The notes beneath the pieces are model-generated. The model was given only the letters and a program-made list of their open reading frames with translations. It searched no databases and had not been told where the DNA came from. A program made the position numbers and the translations under genes. Shown in pieces: positions 38,001 through 53,000 of a stretch of DNA of 64,000 nt; the stretch's first letter is position 1, and each line of letters begins with the position of its first letter. The stretch comes from Mizuhopecten yessoensis (lineage: Eukaryota). The DNA lies in assembly GCF_002113885.1 (NCBI RefSeq), contig NW_018404396.1, forward strand, positions 774,503 to 838,502. Direction: 5' to 3'.

Positions 38001-41000
38001 GAAAATACAGATCTCAATGTGAAGAGGTTTCCATCGTTTAAAACAGGATGCCATAGAAACACATTTACAATGAACAAACCACCTTCTGTCTGTTTTCACG
38101 TCCTTTAAGGTTATATAAGCAGGAAGTATTGGCATGCTCCTGAATGGCACACTGTGGGGTATACATGGAGCGTGGGGTATGGCTGGGACAGGCAACACTC
38201 CTATCAATTTTAGTCTCATTTAATGCCAGAACAAAGGAATTTCATTGGAGCATGAAAAAAATCTTAATAACGTTATAAATTGTGAGTCTAAGGGACCTGA
38301 GGCTTTGAATATGTCTGCAATTGAGATCACAGAATAAACTTTGTATATATGTTTAGAATACCAAGACCTGTGTCTCTCTTAGTGTATTGGAGTTGAAGCC
38401 ATCTCGGGAGACTACACACTGCACATGCATCTATATATGTCAAAGATTCAAGGACTGTATTAGATTATCAGAAATAAAAATACATTCAGTTCCAAAATTG
38501 ATGAAAATGGTAGTTAAATAAAAATAAAAAATGATATAACACCAAACATGAGATGTAGGAGAATTCAGTTTTGCTAGCTGTTCATGGAATTAATAAGAAA
38601 CAGTTATTTTGAAGTGTTGTTTTGGTTCTAGGTGTATTATTCTGATATGAACAACAGAAAGTCTTAAGTTCAAACACAATGGCTTCAGGAATAGAACATT
38701 GTTCTTTAGGAAACTTTTCCACTATTTTGAAAGTTAGTTCCTACATGTAAGCCTCTGGTTTCAAGTAAACTGGACTTTTAAGATGTTCCACTATAGCAAA
38801 TTAAATAGTCTTGTTTCTGCTTTTTATGGCTGCCGAATCGGGGCATACACCATTTCCTTTCTGTATACCTCTTTAGAAAGACCACTTTAACATATTGATT
38901 TAATTTAAAGCAAATTGAATCTGTGAATAAAGACGATCCATTCTGAGAGACCACTTTTTATTGGCAGTTGATTTGAAGAAAGAATGATCTATCTAGAAAG
39001 GTACTTTCTTGTATATGTTGTGACAGAATGGATGACCCAAGACATTTTCTGTTGAATTAATAAAAGGGATGATCTGTTTCTCCTAATTAAAGACGGATTT
39101 AACTGAATTGGCAGAAGAGGAGCTGACCTGTTCTTTTGAAGACATTTTTTACTGTATTGACAGAAGGGAGGACCTATTCCTTTTAAGACGGTTTCTAACA
39201 CATTGGCAGGAAGGATTGCCCATTCCTATTTCTTTAGACAATTTATACTGCAAAGGCAGAAGGGATGAAAGCATGTTACACTCTAGAACAACCTTTGATT
39301 GAATCTTGCAATCATTTAGATTTAAATATTTGGATGAACTGTTGTATTTGTTTTTTTCAGAGCTCTACGATTAGATTTAAATATTTTAATAAACTGTTAT
39401 ATTTGTATTTTTCAGAGCTCTACGATTGGAACGCCGGTCACCCTCAAGGTGGATCCCAAGGGATACATCCTGTATTGGAAAGACCAGAACAAGGTATTCT
39501 AGGGAACACTTATCCCCATGTACTTACCTGTGTTTACACTTCCTGTAGACATAATCTGTAAATACATCTCCTGAGAATATTCTTTGGTGGCTTATGAACT
39601 TTTTTTGTTATAATCGGAAACAATCTTTATATAAAATGTTACATGTAATGACGAAGTCATCCTTGTGTTTATTTTAGCTGTTATATGTATTTATTACAAG
39701 TACCAATATATTTTGACAATAAGTGAAGGAGCAGACACGACACACTCATACTGGAAAAAACAACTGACATTGTACATTTAAGAAAATGCATTTAATCTTG
39801 TTATCAATTTGAAGACTGGTTTGTTTTGACAATAGAACATCAGATGTAACACTACACTATACAGAGGTACATACATGTAGGGGATTACAGTGGTGGGACC
39901 TATGTCAAATACACCAAATGTACCTTAAACATGCAATATATACATACATTAAGGGGTAACAGTAGACTAACGCAGATAAAAAAGCCAAATGTAATTTTAT
40001 TTAAACATTCCATCCTACGACGTTACAAAAATCATGAGAAAGGCCTAAAAAAAGGTTACCAAACCTTAGTGTTATATCTGGTCATGATTTACTGATTACA
40101 ATTTATAAAACAAAAAGCCACTTAGTTGAATATGGTATCGTGGGAATAGGACACATACCTGATGCTTCAGGCCTACAATTGACTTAGATCTACAGCTTCT
40201 TTGACAAGCAATATAGCTCAAAATGCTATTCCTAAAAACAATTTTGAATTGAATATATTTTCTCAAGTTGGAGGGAAATGTTTTGTAGAACGAACAAAAT
40301 ATATAATGAATTAATTTGTTGTTAGGGTCAGGAGGTCAGTCTTTGGTATCTAGGGTCAGGAGGTCAGTCTTTGGCATGTAGGGTCAGGAGGTAAGTTTTT
40401 GGTATTTAGGGTCAGGAGGTCAGTCTTTGGTATCTAGAGTCAGGAGGTCAGTCTTTGGCATGTAGGGTCAGGAGGTCAGTCTTTGGTATCTAGAGTCAGG
40501 AGGTCAGGAGGTCAGTCTTTGGTATCTAGAGTCAGGAGGTCAGTCTTTGGTATCTGAAGGTGCTTGGATCAAGAAATGACTTCATTATGAAAGAATAGTT
40601 TTTTTTTTAAATAGTCTGTAGATGGAGGATGTTACATCTAAAGTCTAAAGAATGAGGCTTAATTATGCTAACAAAATGAAGGTAAGGGGGTTTGATAAAG
40701 GACAGGTGAAATTAATAATCTATCTTACCAAACGTGTTAATTAGATACTACAATTGTTATATAGATTTATTAACATGCGGTAGGTACAGTTTCTTTGTTG
40801 AAGAGTTAACTGCGTTGGGCTGAGGATGAGGGACTCTTTAGTTGGTATAGTATATTGAGATAGATGGGGATTGCTCCTACAATCAAACATACTGAGCAGG
40901 CATATGCTGCAAAGTGGAAACTGTGAAATGAAATAAACACACATCAATAAAGATCCAGGCATCTCCTGAAATCAATTTAATTGACCGTTCTCTTGTCTGT

Positions 41001-44000
41001 TCAAGTGAGGGTCTTTCCTTCCAATTTCATTTTGAATGAATAAAAAATATCTCCTGTTAGGTTTCAAAGTAATTTCTAAAGTTACATGGAGAATAATTAC
41101 TTTGGAATTCATTTCGGGCATAACAAATGTTAGTGGATGAATGTAGAACAGAAATAAGATAAGTTTTAAGGAGATTTGTCACCTAGAACGTTTCTACACT
41201 GAAGTTGTTTGGATCTGTAGTGCAATTCTACAGTATTGGTGTGTTCAATTGTCTACAATTTGAACATCAAATGTTGATATTCTAGATTGGATTCCAACAT
41301 AGAGCCCTGCAGCCAATCAAAGACCTTGCTGTAGAGTATTGTAGCCAATGAACACCTCTGTTATTTAGTCAATAGTTAAAAGATCTCATTTGATAATTGT
41401 ACTTTTCTCTTGATGGCCTCATGATTATTAGCGGTACTCAAATTCTTAAAATTTATTTTATTTTTATGCATCACTCATGGAAATCTGGAGCCTGGATTCT
41501 ATGCTTAAGCCAAATTTTTTGAAAACATACTTTAAATAGATAACATTGTCTAAAGTCAAATGTAAAAATTTCAAACAGTATTCAGTTTTTAGTCTTTCAA
41601 AATTCTTCAAAGTCATTGACAAAATATGAAGTTTCTATTAATTTATCAGGGGAACATACATTTTGGCTTGAGCACAGAATCAGAGTATGAGCAGGGGATT
41701 TGTTTCATAAACACGGATCCTTATGTACTACACTGAAAAACAGTTTTTAGACATAATCTAACACACCGTCAAGAACTTGGATGTATTACTCTTAACTCAT
41801 TCACCCCTACATTTTTTAAATGGACTTGCCCACTCTTTGATTTGGTAAGATTCAAATGTGACTTTAGGGACGATTTTGTTAAAGTACTTCTCTGATGCAT
41901 TACTCTAGTGAACTACAGTGCACACTATGGCTATGTTAGCGGTTCTATTTCCTCAAATATAACATTAAGAAGGATTAAATAGTATTAACACATCCAGAAT
42001 TAGTTTGAATGGATGACTTTCAAAAAGGAAAAAATATCAGGAAGTTATATAATTATGATGTATACCTGTATTTTGAGTCAAAACCTAAATATCTATTAAT
42101 AAGCACAAGAAAACGAATTATTTACGAATCTGAATTCCTTCATTCTGGACGTTTCGATATAAATTACAACACATCTGTAGATGGCAACAGATAATTCAAC
42201 ATCCTGGTAGTAACCTGACTTACCCAGACAAGCTCTCTCACTGGTGCTGTTAACTCTATCTGTAGATATCTCCAGGTCAGGTATCAGGAAACTTCTTGAC
42301 TCTGAAAACTTTCTTACCCTAACTGTATATATTCTTAGATTTTAGCATTACTCTCAAATGTTTTAATTGTGTGGGATTCATTAATTGTTTCAAGTGAGGA
42401 GGCTTTTCTTTAATCAACCTCTTTAGAACCATAGAGCATAGGGTCATGATATTTGGCTAGAACCCAAACAAGTTTAGCAAGATTACTTTGATATCCATTC
42501 AAGGTCACAGGGTCAGATATGTTAAAAAAATAATCAAAAGACTTCTTTTTATGAACTGAATAGGATGGACCTTGACTTATACTCAAGGTCATGGATCAAA
42601 TTTGTTAGAACTGAAAGACCTAGGGTCGTGATATTTAGCTAGAATCTTGCTGGTATGGAAAGTTTGTGAAAAAGAATTCCTTGACCCATATTCTAGGTCA
42701 CAGTGGTCAAAGTTGTTCAAAAGTTCAAACAACTTCTTCTGAGGAATAGAAAGAAACTTTAACCAGTCATTTCTGTTTTAAGGTGATACGTTATAATTTT
42801 ATTCCAATCCATGTTCTTGGCCAACAAAGACCTGACAAAGCGAGTTGAAATCTTCCTACAAAGACATATGGTGTAAAACAATGATGCTGTGTTAGCTTGA
42901 TTACTATCAGTTTGTTTAAATAAGTTATACCTCAAATGACTTTGAAGGTCGCATATGTTAGATGTGTTTGTGAACAGCATTGAACAACAGGTGAGCAATA
43001 CAGGCCAATTGGGCCTCATGTTAGAGGTAGGAACTTTTTTGATACCCCTGACAATTCATTTACATCTGACCACCCATTTATACACAAACAACGACTGATA
43101 TCAGGACCACTTTTCAGAAGTTTTCAATACCTATATTTTCTCTCTCTGACCATCAGCTATTTATACTTAACCAAAAAAGATATACATGTACACAGCTACA
43201 TTTGTAGACTACCTACCAGCCCCTAAGTTTTTTATGAAGAATTTCCCAGCTGCATCTGTAGTATGTACAATGTTTCCAAAACATTTGCATATTACAGATA
43301 TGTTTTGCCTTTATAAGAAATTTATTCATGTAAATCAATGAAGAAAAATTATTTTAAATGAGTCCATGACACTACCTGTGCAAATTCAATATTGAGTTAA
43401 GTATATTAAAGATATACACAAAGGTTTACTGCGTATACTGTGTGTTTCTTTTTTGACTCTGTATATATATGAAACAATATAAAGAACAACTCTATGACAT
43501 CTGTCTATAATATCTGTATACTCTGTACAGTGAAACCTGGTTTTACCGACACCTGAGTTTAAGGACATTGTTTAATATCATTGTAGAATACATGATCATT
43601 TTAAGCTTTGGTTTTAAAAACACAATCATATATAAACGTTGTATGTGAACAAATATGTCAGTCTCCTATGATGTCAGTGTACCGACACCCAGTCATAACG
43701 CAAGTTTACTGACGCATTGTCATAACTGACCAAAATATTCATGCTTCCATTGATGTTGGTCGGTAAAGTCAGGTTTCACTGTAGTTCTGTTCATCAAACC
43801 TTACTCTGTACGACTAATTTTCAGACGAGTACAGAGGGCACTGTAAGTATTAGCTGGGTGGTGCTGCATGGATTCCAGGAACATTGATTGTATTTAATTT
43901 TAATTTTCAGTTTTAATGATTATTTTATACACAGGTCATGCATGTTGCATCACAACAGTTTCTTTGATGTTTAATTTTATGGTTTAAAAAACAAATATTA

Positions 44001-47000
44001 TGATTTCATGTTGAGTCCCCATCCACCATACGGATGAGTAATGTTAGAAGTCCCACCTGTTGTTAACCATAGACTAGCCTTTGTACGTTGTGCATTACAA
44101 TAGCTGTTCAAAGTCAGGAATGTCCTGCCTGCATGTTAGATTATAAATGTATTAAATGTTGATGATGAGTTTTGAGATTAGACTAGAGATTCCCACATCT
44201 GCGAGTGGTACACATCACAAGGTCTCTGTACTATCTTGTGATTCATGGTAATTCCCGTAACCATCAAATTCACTGCAATACAAGTGATCTTAGTTCAAGG
44301 TTGCAGTGATGAAATTGGTTAGATATTCAAACAATTTCTAGATCATTTTCATTTAAATGATGTCTTAATATTTATAGTGATATATAAAAATAATCTGTAA
44401 CCATGGATATAGTGATACATCTTAGAATTTCAAACTCTGGAGACAATTTTTGAAAGCATTCATAACCATGGATTCTCTCCATGTTTACATATATAGCAAG
44501 ACCATTAAAGATAAATTATTTGCGAATGATTTTTTCTTGATCCAGATGAAAGATTGTAAGAATTGTGTTTATCGTCATTACTGTCTAAATCTCAGAGCTA
44601 TATTAGGATGTGTGGGTGGGGTGGAGGATAAGGTGATTTATGATTAAGATAAAAATTGCAATATGATGCATCACATATATCATTCAATTTTTTTATTTTA
44701 TTTTACTTACTATTTTAATGTGCAATTTATACTTTTACTGCCCCCATAAATTTCAGCTCAACAAACATATAATATGATTATTACGTCATAAATACAAAAA
44801 CACCTATCATTGTTTGTTTCCACTACCTGTTAAATTTACGTATTTGATTTACCTGTATGATATATGTATATATAATTTACCAGTTTGACTCCTATTTAGG
44901 GTTTGTCAGCATATTAGCACCTGGAATGAGCGATGACCACCTCGCCTCCTTATATTACACTGCACAGAGCATGTCTGGTGTATACCTGAAACACGGGGGA
45001 GTTAGCAACTATATACCTGTAAACACGGGGGAGTTAGCTAGCAAATGATATAATGATGTCAACCTGTTGTACCACATTATAGGTCATCTAGGATACTGTT
45101 TCACTTTCACAACTTAAATCATAATCATATGCTGAAAATAGAGCAAATTTCTCACTTGTTTGTCCATTTGTCTGGTTGTGTGTCCATTTGCCTATTTGTG
45201 TGTGTGTGTGTGTGTTTGTCTAATGTCTGTCCATCATACAATTTATCTGATGGCAATTTAAGACCACATTGCCAAGATTAGACATTTGAAAACAGTTGTT
45301 TGTGTTTCAGTAAAATAAAGTTTAAATTGAAAGCACAATTTACAGGTAAAATGACTTGCATACAGGCTGTAAACACAAGGTTGGGGTAGAATGTTTTACA
45401 TGCAGGCTGTAAACACAAGGATGGGGTAGCGAGTCTTACATGCAGGCTGTAAACACAAGGCTGGGGTAGAATGTTTTACATGCAGGCTGTAAACACAAGG
45501 TTGGGGTAGAATGTTTTACATGCAGGCTGTAAACACAAGGTTGTGGTAGTGAGTCTTACATGCAGGCTGTAAACACAAGGTTGCAGTAGACAATCTTTGT
45601 AGTAGACAATCTTACATACAGTCTGTTAACACAATGTTGCAGTAGACAATCTTACATACAGTCTGTTAACACAATGTTTCAGTAGACAATCTTACATACA
45701 GGCTCAATATAGCAAACAAGGGGAAGGCTTAAAGTATCTTGCATTCAGTCTGTAACAAGAGATAATTTCATTTGAGTGTTATATGCAGGTGTTAAACAAA
45801 CCGTTATTTGGAGGTGTCGCACGTATGCACATTGTCATGATGGTTTTCTTAGAAAACAGGCAGTAATTCTTATTTTGTGGTCAGGATCTCCTCTGATACA
45901 CAGGCTACCTCTTTCACTGAGGTTTATAGATGGGATGGAGTGGCCCTCATTACTAAAGCCGTATGCTATATTCCCGGTCAATGGTCTGTCCCAGGGGCCG
46001 CCATATTAGTGCGGAGAACATACCATTGCCAGTGATACGGCCCTAACAAAGTGTCCCATAGCACTTTTTGATATTGTGGTGACCTTATAGATATGTTGTC
46101 TGTGATGAATACTGCTGACCACGTTTGTGGGACACTCACATTGGCGGCCAGTCACATTTCACAATTAGGTCGTATTGATCATGTTTGCTGAGCATGCTGG
46201 CCTGATGAATAGCCCTCAAAATTGATAATTTCCTGTACACAGACTTTATCATTCGGGTCTGAAATCATGCATACATTCAGTCAAAAGTCAGGCTGATGGG
46301 CAGCACCAGATAAATCCAGCAAAACTTGTCCATGATGAATTCTACGTACCCGCGAATTCAGTCTGTAATAAGTCTAAATAGAGGAATACTTACGGAAAAG
46401 GAAATAAGATCATGATTCAGCTTTATACTAAAAGGAAATTCTATAAGGTTGTTGTTGACATTGTGTAATATTGTTGACACATTGTTATCGCTAACTTGAG
46501 TTAAATATGAAAACCAATCTGAATAACGTCCTTGCTTAAGGTCATGAGTCTGCAACTACATGTTGTAGAGTAAGAATTGTCGGAGATGAAATCATGTTTA
46601 GAAGTCCTAGCTGTTCCTATAGTATCTGTTTTATTCTGTATATCTTCAGCACTGGAACCAAACTTGTATATAAATATTTCAACTATACAGACGTTTCTTG
46701 TATTTAACAAAATAGCTTTTAATGTTCTAGCTACCTAAATTGTGCGTTACCTTCCTTTTATCGTTAAATAAAAAAATAAAAAAAAGTTTGTTTTCTGAGC
46801 AAAGCTGCTTCTTTTTGAGAAACCTGTTCTGCCATTGATTGGTTGAATAGATTCCAGGAAGGTTGCCTTTCTCCATGAGGAGTTGGGGTCCTCTCCTGTT
46901 AAAAGGGCAGATGCTGTTGCTGCTCGCTATTTTGTTATTGTGTTAAATGGTGGGTACTTTTAGATTTGTATGTTGATAGGTTGGTTTTCTTTGTAATACA

Positions 47001-50000
47001 GGGCCAATGTACGGGCAGGAAGCCATCCGTGACTGTGGCGGTATGACAACGTAATTATGTAGTATTAATACACAGAGTGCTTTTTACCAATAACCCGTCT
47101 CAATGCTGGAGAGTACTGAGGAAATGGTGGAGGTTTTTGGTACAATACATATTCTATTGTAGTGCCACTGAGTACCGCTCGTCATGCTATTTTATAAAGA
47201 TTTCATGTACATAAGAGTAGTCCGTCTATACAGAATATGTATTGTCCAATAACCATTTCCCAGCTACTGCCAATATTCTGACATCTTTTTTTCTTAATAT
47301 TTTCAATTTTCTCTTACAATAATGCTACAAAACGAAAAATCTTTCTTGAGAAGAAGTTTATTTGTATAAGCTATGTTTAGACTACACCTCACCTCATCCA
47401 ATTCACATTTCTAAATATACTCGGAAAATTAATTCAAGTAATTTTAGTCTGAAGACTCAGATTGGGCAGAAACAATATCATCCAATCCCTAATTTCTTCA
47501 GTCCATGGAACGACTCATTTTAAGGTGATCATTTTCTCTGTTTTTAGTCTCTTTAACTACTCTTGCAGACAACATTTGATAGAAACGTTAGGACTAATTA
47601 GAGGAAATCTCTTAGTATCCTCTTCTATATGCTACTGGTATAATTTGTGTGTTGTGTTATTTGCTATATCAAGCATCAGGTACCCATGTCCATGGTATAT
47701 ACTAACATCTGCCTCAAGAACCATGTTACAGATGCTGTCATCATACATCTACTATATTTTTTAGTGCTAGATTTGTCCTGTCGGGAACTTGAAGATATTT
47801 TTATTTAAATTTTGACCTAAATACATTACATTTGCAAAATGACACTACCCATTCCATCAAGATTAATATTAAGAAACATTTTGAAGATAATATTTGCCTG
47901 ATTTAGGATTTTGAACAGAACAATAGCTGGAGATTCAATGGAAGACATGGTATGGTATATATATATATATATAAATTTCAACACCTTTGATTTGGAGACT
48001 GCCATTATGTAAAATACCAAGTAATACTAAGCAGGTTATGTACATTTAATGGACAGTGTTTTCTTAAGAACACAAGATATTATTTGCAAAATTGTTCTGT
48101 ATGTGAGGTACGATATTATAATAAGGACCTATGAGATTTGTTGGACATTTGTGCGGGGAATAGTGTACATATTTAAACAATTGTGTCTAGATATTAGTTG
48201 TCTCCGGTATAGTTTTTATCATCAGTAACATGTCACTTAACACTTAACATACATACAAGTGGTTATAAATTGGTATTTAAATTTAATCTTCATGTTTAAT
48301 TCTTTTCAAAGTGCCTATATCATACACATGTAGCTTATGTTGTGGCATATTTTGTTTTTAAGAAGGTAATCAGCTTGACTAATAAGTAGTAAACAAGTGT
48401 TTTGCTTTTTTTATCTTTTATTTTTTTAAAGCTTTTCAGCGAAGAGTTATATCGATAACTTGTAATGTCATCTAGCTTCCCAGATTATGTACAGCAGTAG
48501 GAATACTAGATAATCCTTAAGTGTGAAAGTTATATAACCTGTGCTCTTTAGCTCTAACTCTATTTTTAAATGTTCCATTCTCCAATGGTCATTATGTTGT
48601 CATGGACAAAAGGATTTCTTTGAAATATGGTGCTAAATATCTCTTCTTGTTAATCCAGATAATTTTGTCGCTATGGTAACTAAAGGATGTCTGGTCACCA
48701 TTTTGGTAGTTACAAGTTGAAGGTCACAGCTATGAAGGTTATTGTGTTGGCAGTACTGCATTGGAAGATCACTCTACTTCCACGGTTACTGTTTTGGGTG
48801 TTAGTTAAAAAACACTATATTAGTGAAAAAAAACACTATTTCCTTGGTTACCATTTTGGGCGTTAGTAAAAAAAAACAAAAAAACTTGGTTACCATTTTG
48901 GGTGTAAGTGTATTATCATTATTTCTCTGTGACGTCTCTTATTGAGTGTTACCTCAAACTGTTTTACCAGGGATCAATCTAGGTTTTAGGGGAAACTATC
49001 CTTTTTCAGATTTTGGGGAATTAACATTTTTATACAAGGCTCTACCATCATGAAGGTAAAAGATAAATGTTTTGTCTGACATACATGTATGCAGTATATT
49101 TCAATTTATAATAATTTTAAGCTTAATTTTTTTATATAAATTATGTAAAGAAAATGTTTATATGCAGTATTATGCATTTTAACTGTTGAACTTGAAAGAA
49201 AACTTATATAGGGAAACATTTTGAGGAAAAACTGCTATTTTCTTGTTGAAATAGGGGAATTTTGAAGCACATAGGGGGAATTTTTAAAAACAGGGAAATT
49301 TTCTTCTGTAGGGGAAACTACTCATAAACGGTAGTGAATCAAGTCTAGATTGATCCCTGATTACTAATAATTAACATGTCTTTATAAGCGTAACATGAGT
49401 AAATTGTTAATCTTTCAATCCAGCCTATAATCATTGTTTTTTCTTTATATGAAAGTGTTGTGTATGACAATAAAATTTATTACATAATGCTGTTTTATAT
49501 TTGCATTAATTGAAGCCTATTGAACCACAATGCAGTGCCTTTGCTATTATGGAAGATTTGTTTTGATTTTACTACTTATGATGGAGTTTTGCCTTACAAT
49601 AACACTTCCACTCAGTGCACTGAAATCATTTTGGTTCCTCCTTGTCTTACATGTCTATATATCTGATATATAAAAATATGGTTTTAAGGACCCTGCTTAA
49701 ATGTTGTTTAACCTTGGTCCTCCCAAAAATTAGTAATTAATGAATTAATTAGGATGTTCCTTTTGAAACAAGTTCCCATACATAGTGGTTGGATCACTTT
49801 TATATTGCTAAAAATGAACCCATACCTGAAAAAAACAGTAATATATTTCATTCATGACCCAGAAACTTGTTTTGATAATTAATTTGACCAGCGAAGCATT
49901 TGTCTGCGCTTAGGCAACTATGAAGAATTCCTTTTTAGTGTATTCAAGTTGTCTATCTTTGAACACTGAAACAAAACTGCTGCACAGAAACATATGACAG

Positions 50001-53000
50001 GTACTTCCGGCAGGTGAAATTTGCTGAAATATTTTTGAAAGTTTAAAAAAAAAATGTAGTTTTCAGTTGCTTGGTTTCTGTTTCCATTTGATGATTGTAC
50101 ACATGTCTATGACAGTCATCAGAAATTTCAATGGTTTTCTGTTGATATCAGTATGAAAAAGCGGTTGCTTCCTAAGGGCGCAGAAACTGATGCCTATAAT
50201 GTAAACAATAAAAGGGCATTGTTTTGCATTATACATGTAAAACAATGGCTGAGCTAGGGACATTATATTGTGTTGTTACCTATTATAGATCACTTAATCA
50301 TTTTATGATTTAAATTCATATTGAACTTAATGTTGTAATTTCACCAGCAGCAAGCTTGTATCAAGATGTCCTGTTAAAGTAAAGTGAAACATCTTTTGTT
50401 TAAATTGTTTTTAATTGGCCTATTTATCAAAACCTCATGAACTTGATAAATTTGGTTTGCCATGCATAAACTTTTCATCAGTAATGCATAGGATATTCAA
50501 CTGTTGAGATCTTGCATTTTCTGGAAATTAAGTGATCTAAAATATCACGAGTTGCAAGAGAGTATTATGATATTAGTTTTGTTTTGAAGTATGTGTTTTG
50601 GCACCGTTATTCCGTATGTATACAATGCACTCTTTCTTGCTGTTTTTTGCAGACAGAACATGACATGGACATTTTTGTCTTTCAATGTTTTCAATGATGT
50701 AGCTGTAGTGTCACAAGTGTGTGTTTATATGTGCATCTTAAACACTGAAGCTATTACAAGTGTTTCTTTGAATTCAAAAGAAAGAAGTTTTCAAAAGCAA
50801 CGTAATCTGTTAATTATGGCAAATTGAAACTCGAATTTTGTAATTAAAATCAATTTGAACAATATTTTACAATTGTAAAGATTTTTTTACATAAGATGGT
50901 TCTATATGTATGACTGATGGAGACCATTGGTGATTTTTCCTTGGTAACCAAGATTTTTTTATGTGTGTTAAAGATTTTTGGTGACTAAGAGTACGTTATG
51001 ATATTACATGTGTTAAAGAACTTTGGTGACTAAGATTTATTTGCTTTTATTAACAGGACATGGATTATCTGGACATGTCCTTCATTCGGGACACGCGCAC
51101 AGGCCGCTATGCCAAAGTACCAAAGGTAAGCTACAAAGACATTTCTCAAGTGATTCCAGAATCCACTATCACCTGCAGGCACAGGGGAAAAGACTCCTGC
51201 AGGCTTGGCAAAATAATGACTTGCAGGTATTTGGGGAAAAATTAACTGCTGACACGGGAAAATCTATTGCAAGCATGAGGAACAAACTTGCAGACATGAA
51301 GAGAGAAAAAGACTCCTGCAAGAAAGGGATTGGGGGAAAGTCTAGGTCTGGTGTATCCCATTGTAAAAGCGTATGAGGTATATATGATATTGGGTATTGT
51401 GCAGAGTTTGGGGCATTATTCTCCTTATTTCTCTCATCAGTAGACATCAAAGAGAGCAAAAATGATCTGATGCCCCCAATGAAGCACTTGAGATGTCTAC
51501 CTTTTCGGTCTTCTTACGATTTTTCTTCACTGTTGTAATTCTTTGTAACTTTGCCTCATCTGGCCTGGCCTATCTGTTCTTACCTGTGGCAACACTTTGT
51601 ACCTTTGTCTATTCTTGCCTATCTGTTCTTACCTGAGGCAACACTTTGCACCTTTGTCTATTCTGGCCTATATGTTCTTACCTATGGCAACACTGTGTAC
51701 CTTTGTCTATTCTGGCCTATCTGTTCCTACCTGTGGCAACACTTTGTACCTTTGCCTTTTCTGTCCTATCTGTTCTTACCTGTCACAACACTTGGCATGT
51801 CTGTCTTCTAACGCTTATTTGTTCTTACCTTTTGTTACAATGAAGAACTCTTTCTTTTCTGTCTTCCTGTAGGCACCTTTAGCCAGCCTATTGATATAAT
51901 AATACTACTAGATGTAATGTCATGCTGCCATGTCTGAGCCGTGGCATATTTCAGTGTGATAGCTGTGTGTTGACACCATCACCATAACGACTGTTGGAAA
52001 TACATGAAACACCAACAACAAAACCATCATCTAACCCTAACCACTCAATGTTTTACACATCTTTTCATCAAATGTTGCAAGAAATCTCTATGTTCAGTCA
52101 TTTATTAGCTCACCTTGGTCCTGCCATACCGTGGCATCCGTTGTCCTTATGTCAACAATTTCTTCAAACGACTTCTTCTTAACCACTAATTGGAGTTTAA
52201 CTAAATTTGAATGGAAGCATCCCTAGCTAGGTGGTTGGGATTCAAAATTGTACAAATGGTAGGGTAAACCCCCCCAGGGGGCTAAGGGGCGGGGTCAAAA
52301 GGGGGCAATTTGGCTATATTGCTTTAAGCAACTTCTAAAAGATGGACATCAACCATGTTTGACTGGAAGCATCCCTAGGTAGTGGGGATTTAAAATTGTA
52401 CAAATGGTGGGGCTGACCTCCAAGGGGGCTGAGGGGCGGGGCCAAAAGGGGGCAATGGATGTTAATCATATTTGGTCAGAAGCATTCATGGGAAGCGGGG
52501 ATTCAAAATTGTTTAAATGGTGGGGCTGACCCCCATGGGGCTGAGGGGCAGGGCCAAAAAGAGTTATTTGGCTATATTGCTTTAAGCCACTTCTTCTCTA
52601 CAACTGAAAGATGGACATCAACCATATTTGACTGGAAGCATCCCTTGGTAGTGGGGATTTAAAATTGTACAAATGGTGGGGCTGACCTCCCAGGGGGCTG
52701 AGGGGTGGGGCCAAAAGGGGGCAATTTGGCTAAACTGCTCTAAACGACTTCTGTAGAACTATGCACTGGATATCCATCATATTTGGTCAGAAGCTTTTAT
52801 GGGAGGTAGGGATTCAAATTGTACAAGTAGTGGGGCTGACCCCCTTGGCTAAAGGGTGGGGCCAAAAATAGTTGTTGCTTGGAAATGGTTGAGATACCCA
52901 CTTTATAACCATGGTATACAATTGCTGAGTATAAAGAGAAGAATGCACATATGCTTCCTGGATTGCTCAGGGGTCTGGCCCCACCCTTGGAGACATAGTC

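Noticed and set aside
47445-47485. Second hammerhead-like string CTGAAGA...GAAAC
   Set aside because: Stem III and stem I do not pair. At best a decayed relic.
46380-47900. Possible decayed retroelement coding sequence on the minus strand (e.g. [11 protein letters not shown])
   Set aside because: Frames are full of stops and I cannot recognise a diagnostic motif. Needs tBLASTx/HMM against Repbase or Dfam.
51023-51376. 117-aa ORF overlapping exon 3
   Set aside because: Alternative frame across the true exon plus intron. The PLC frame is the conserved one.
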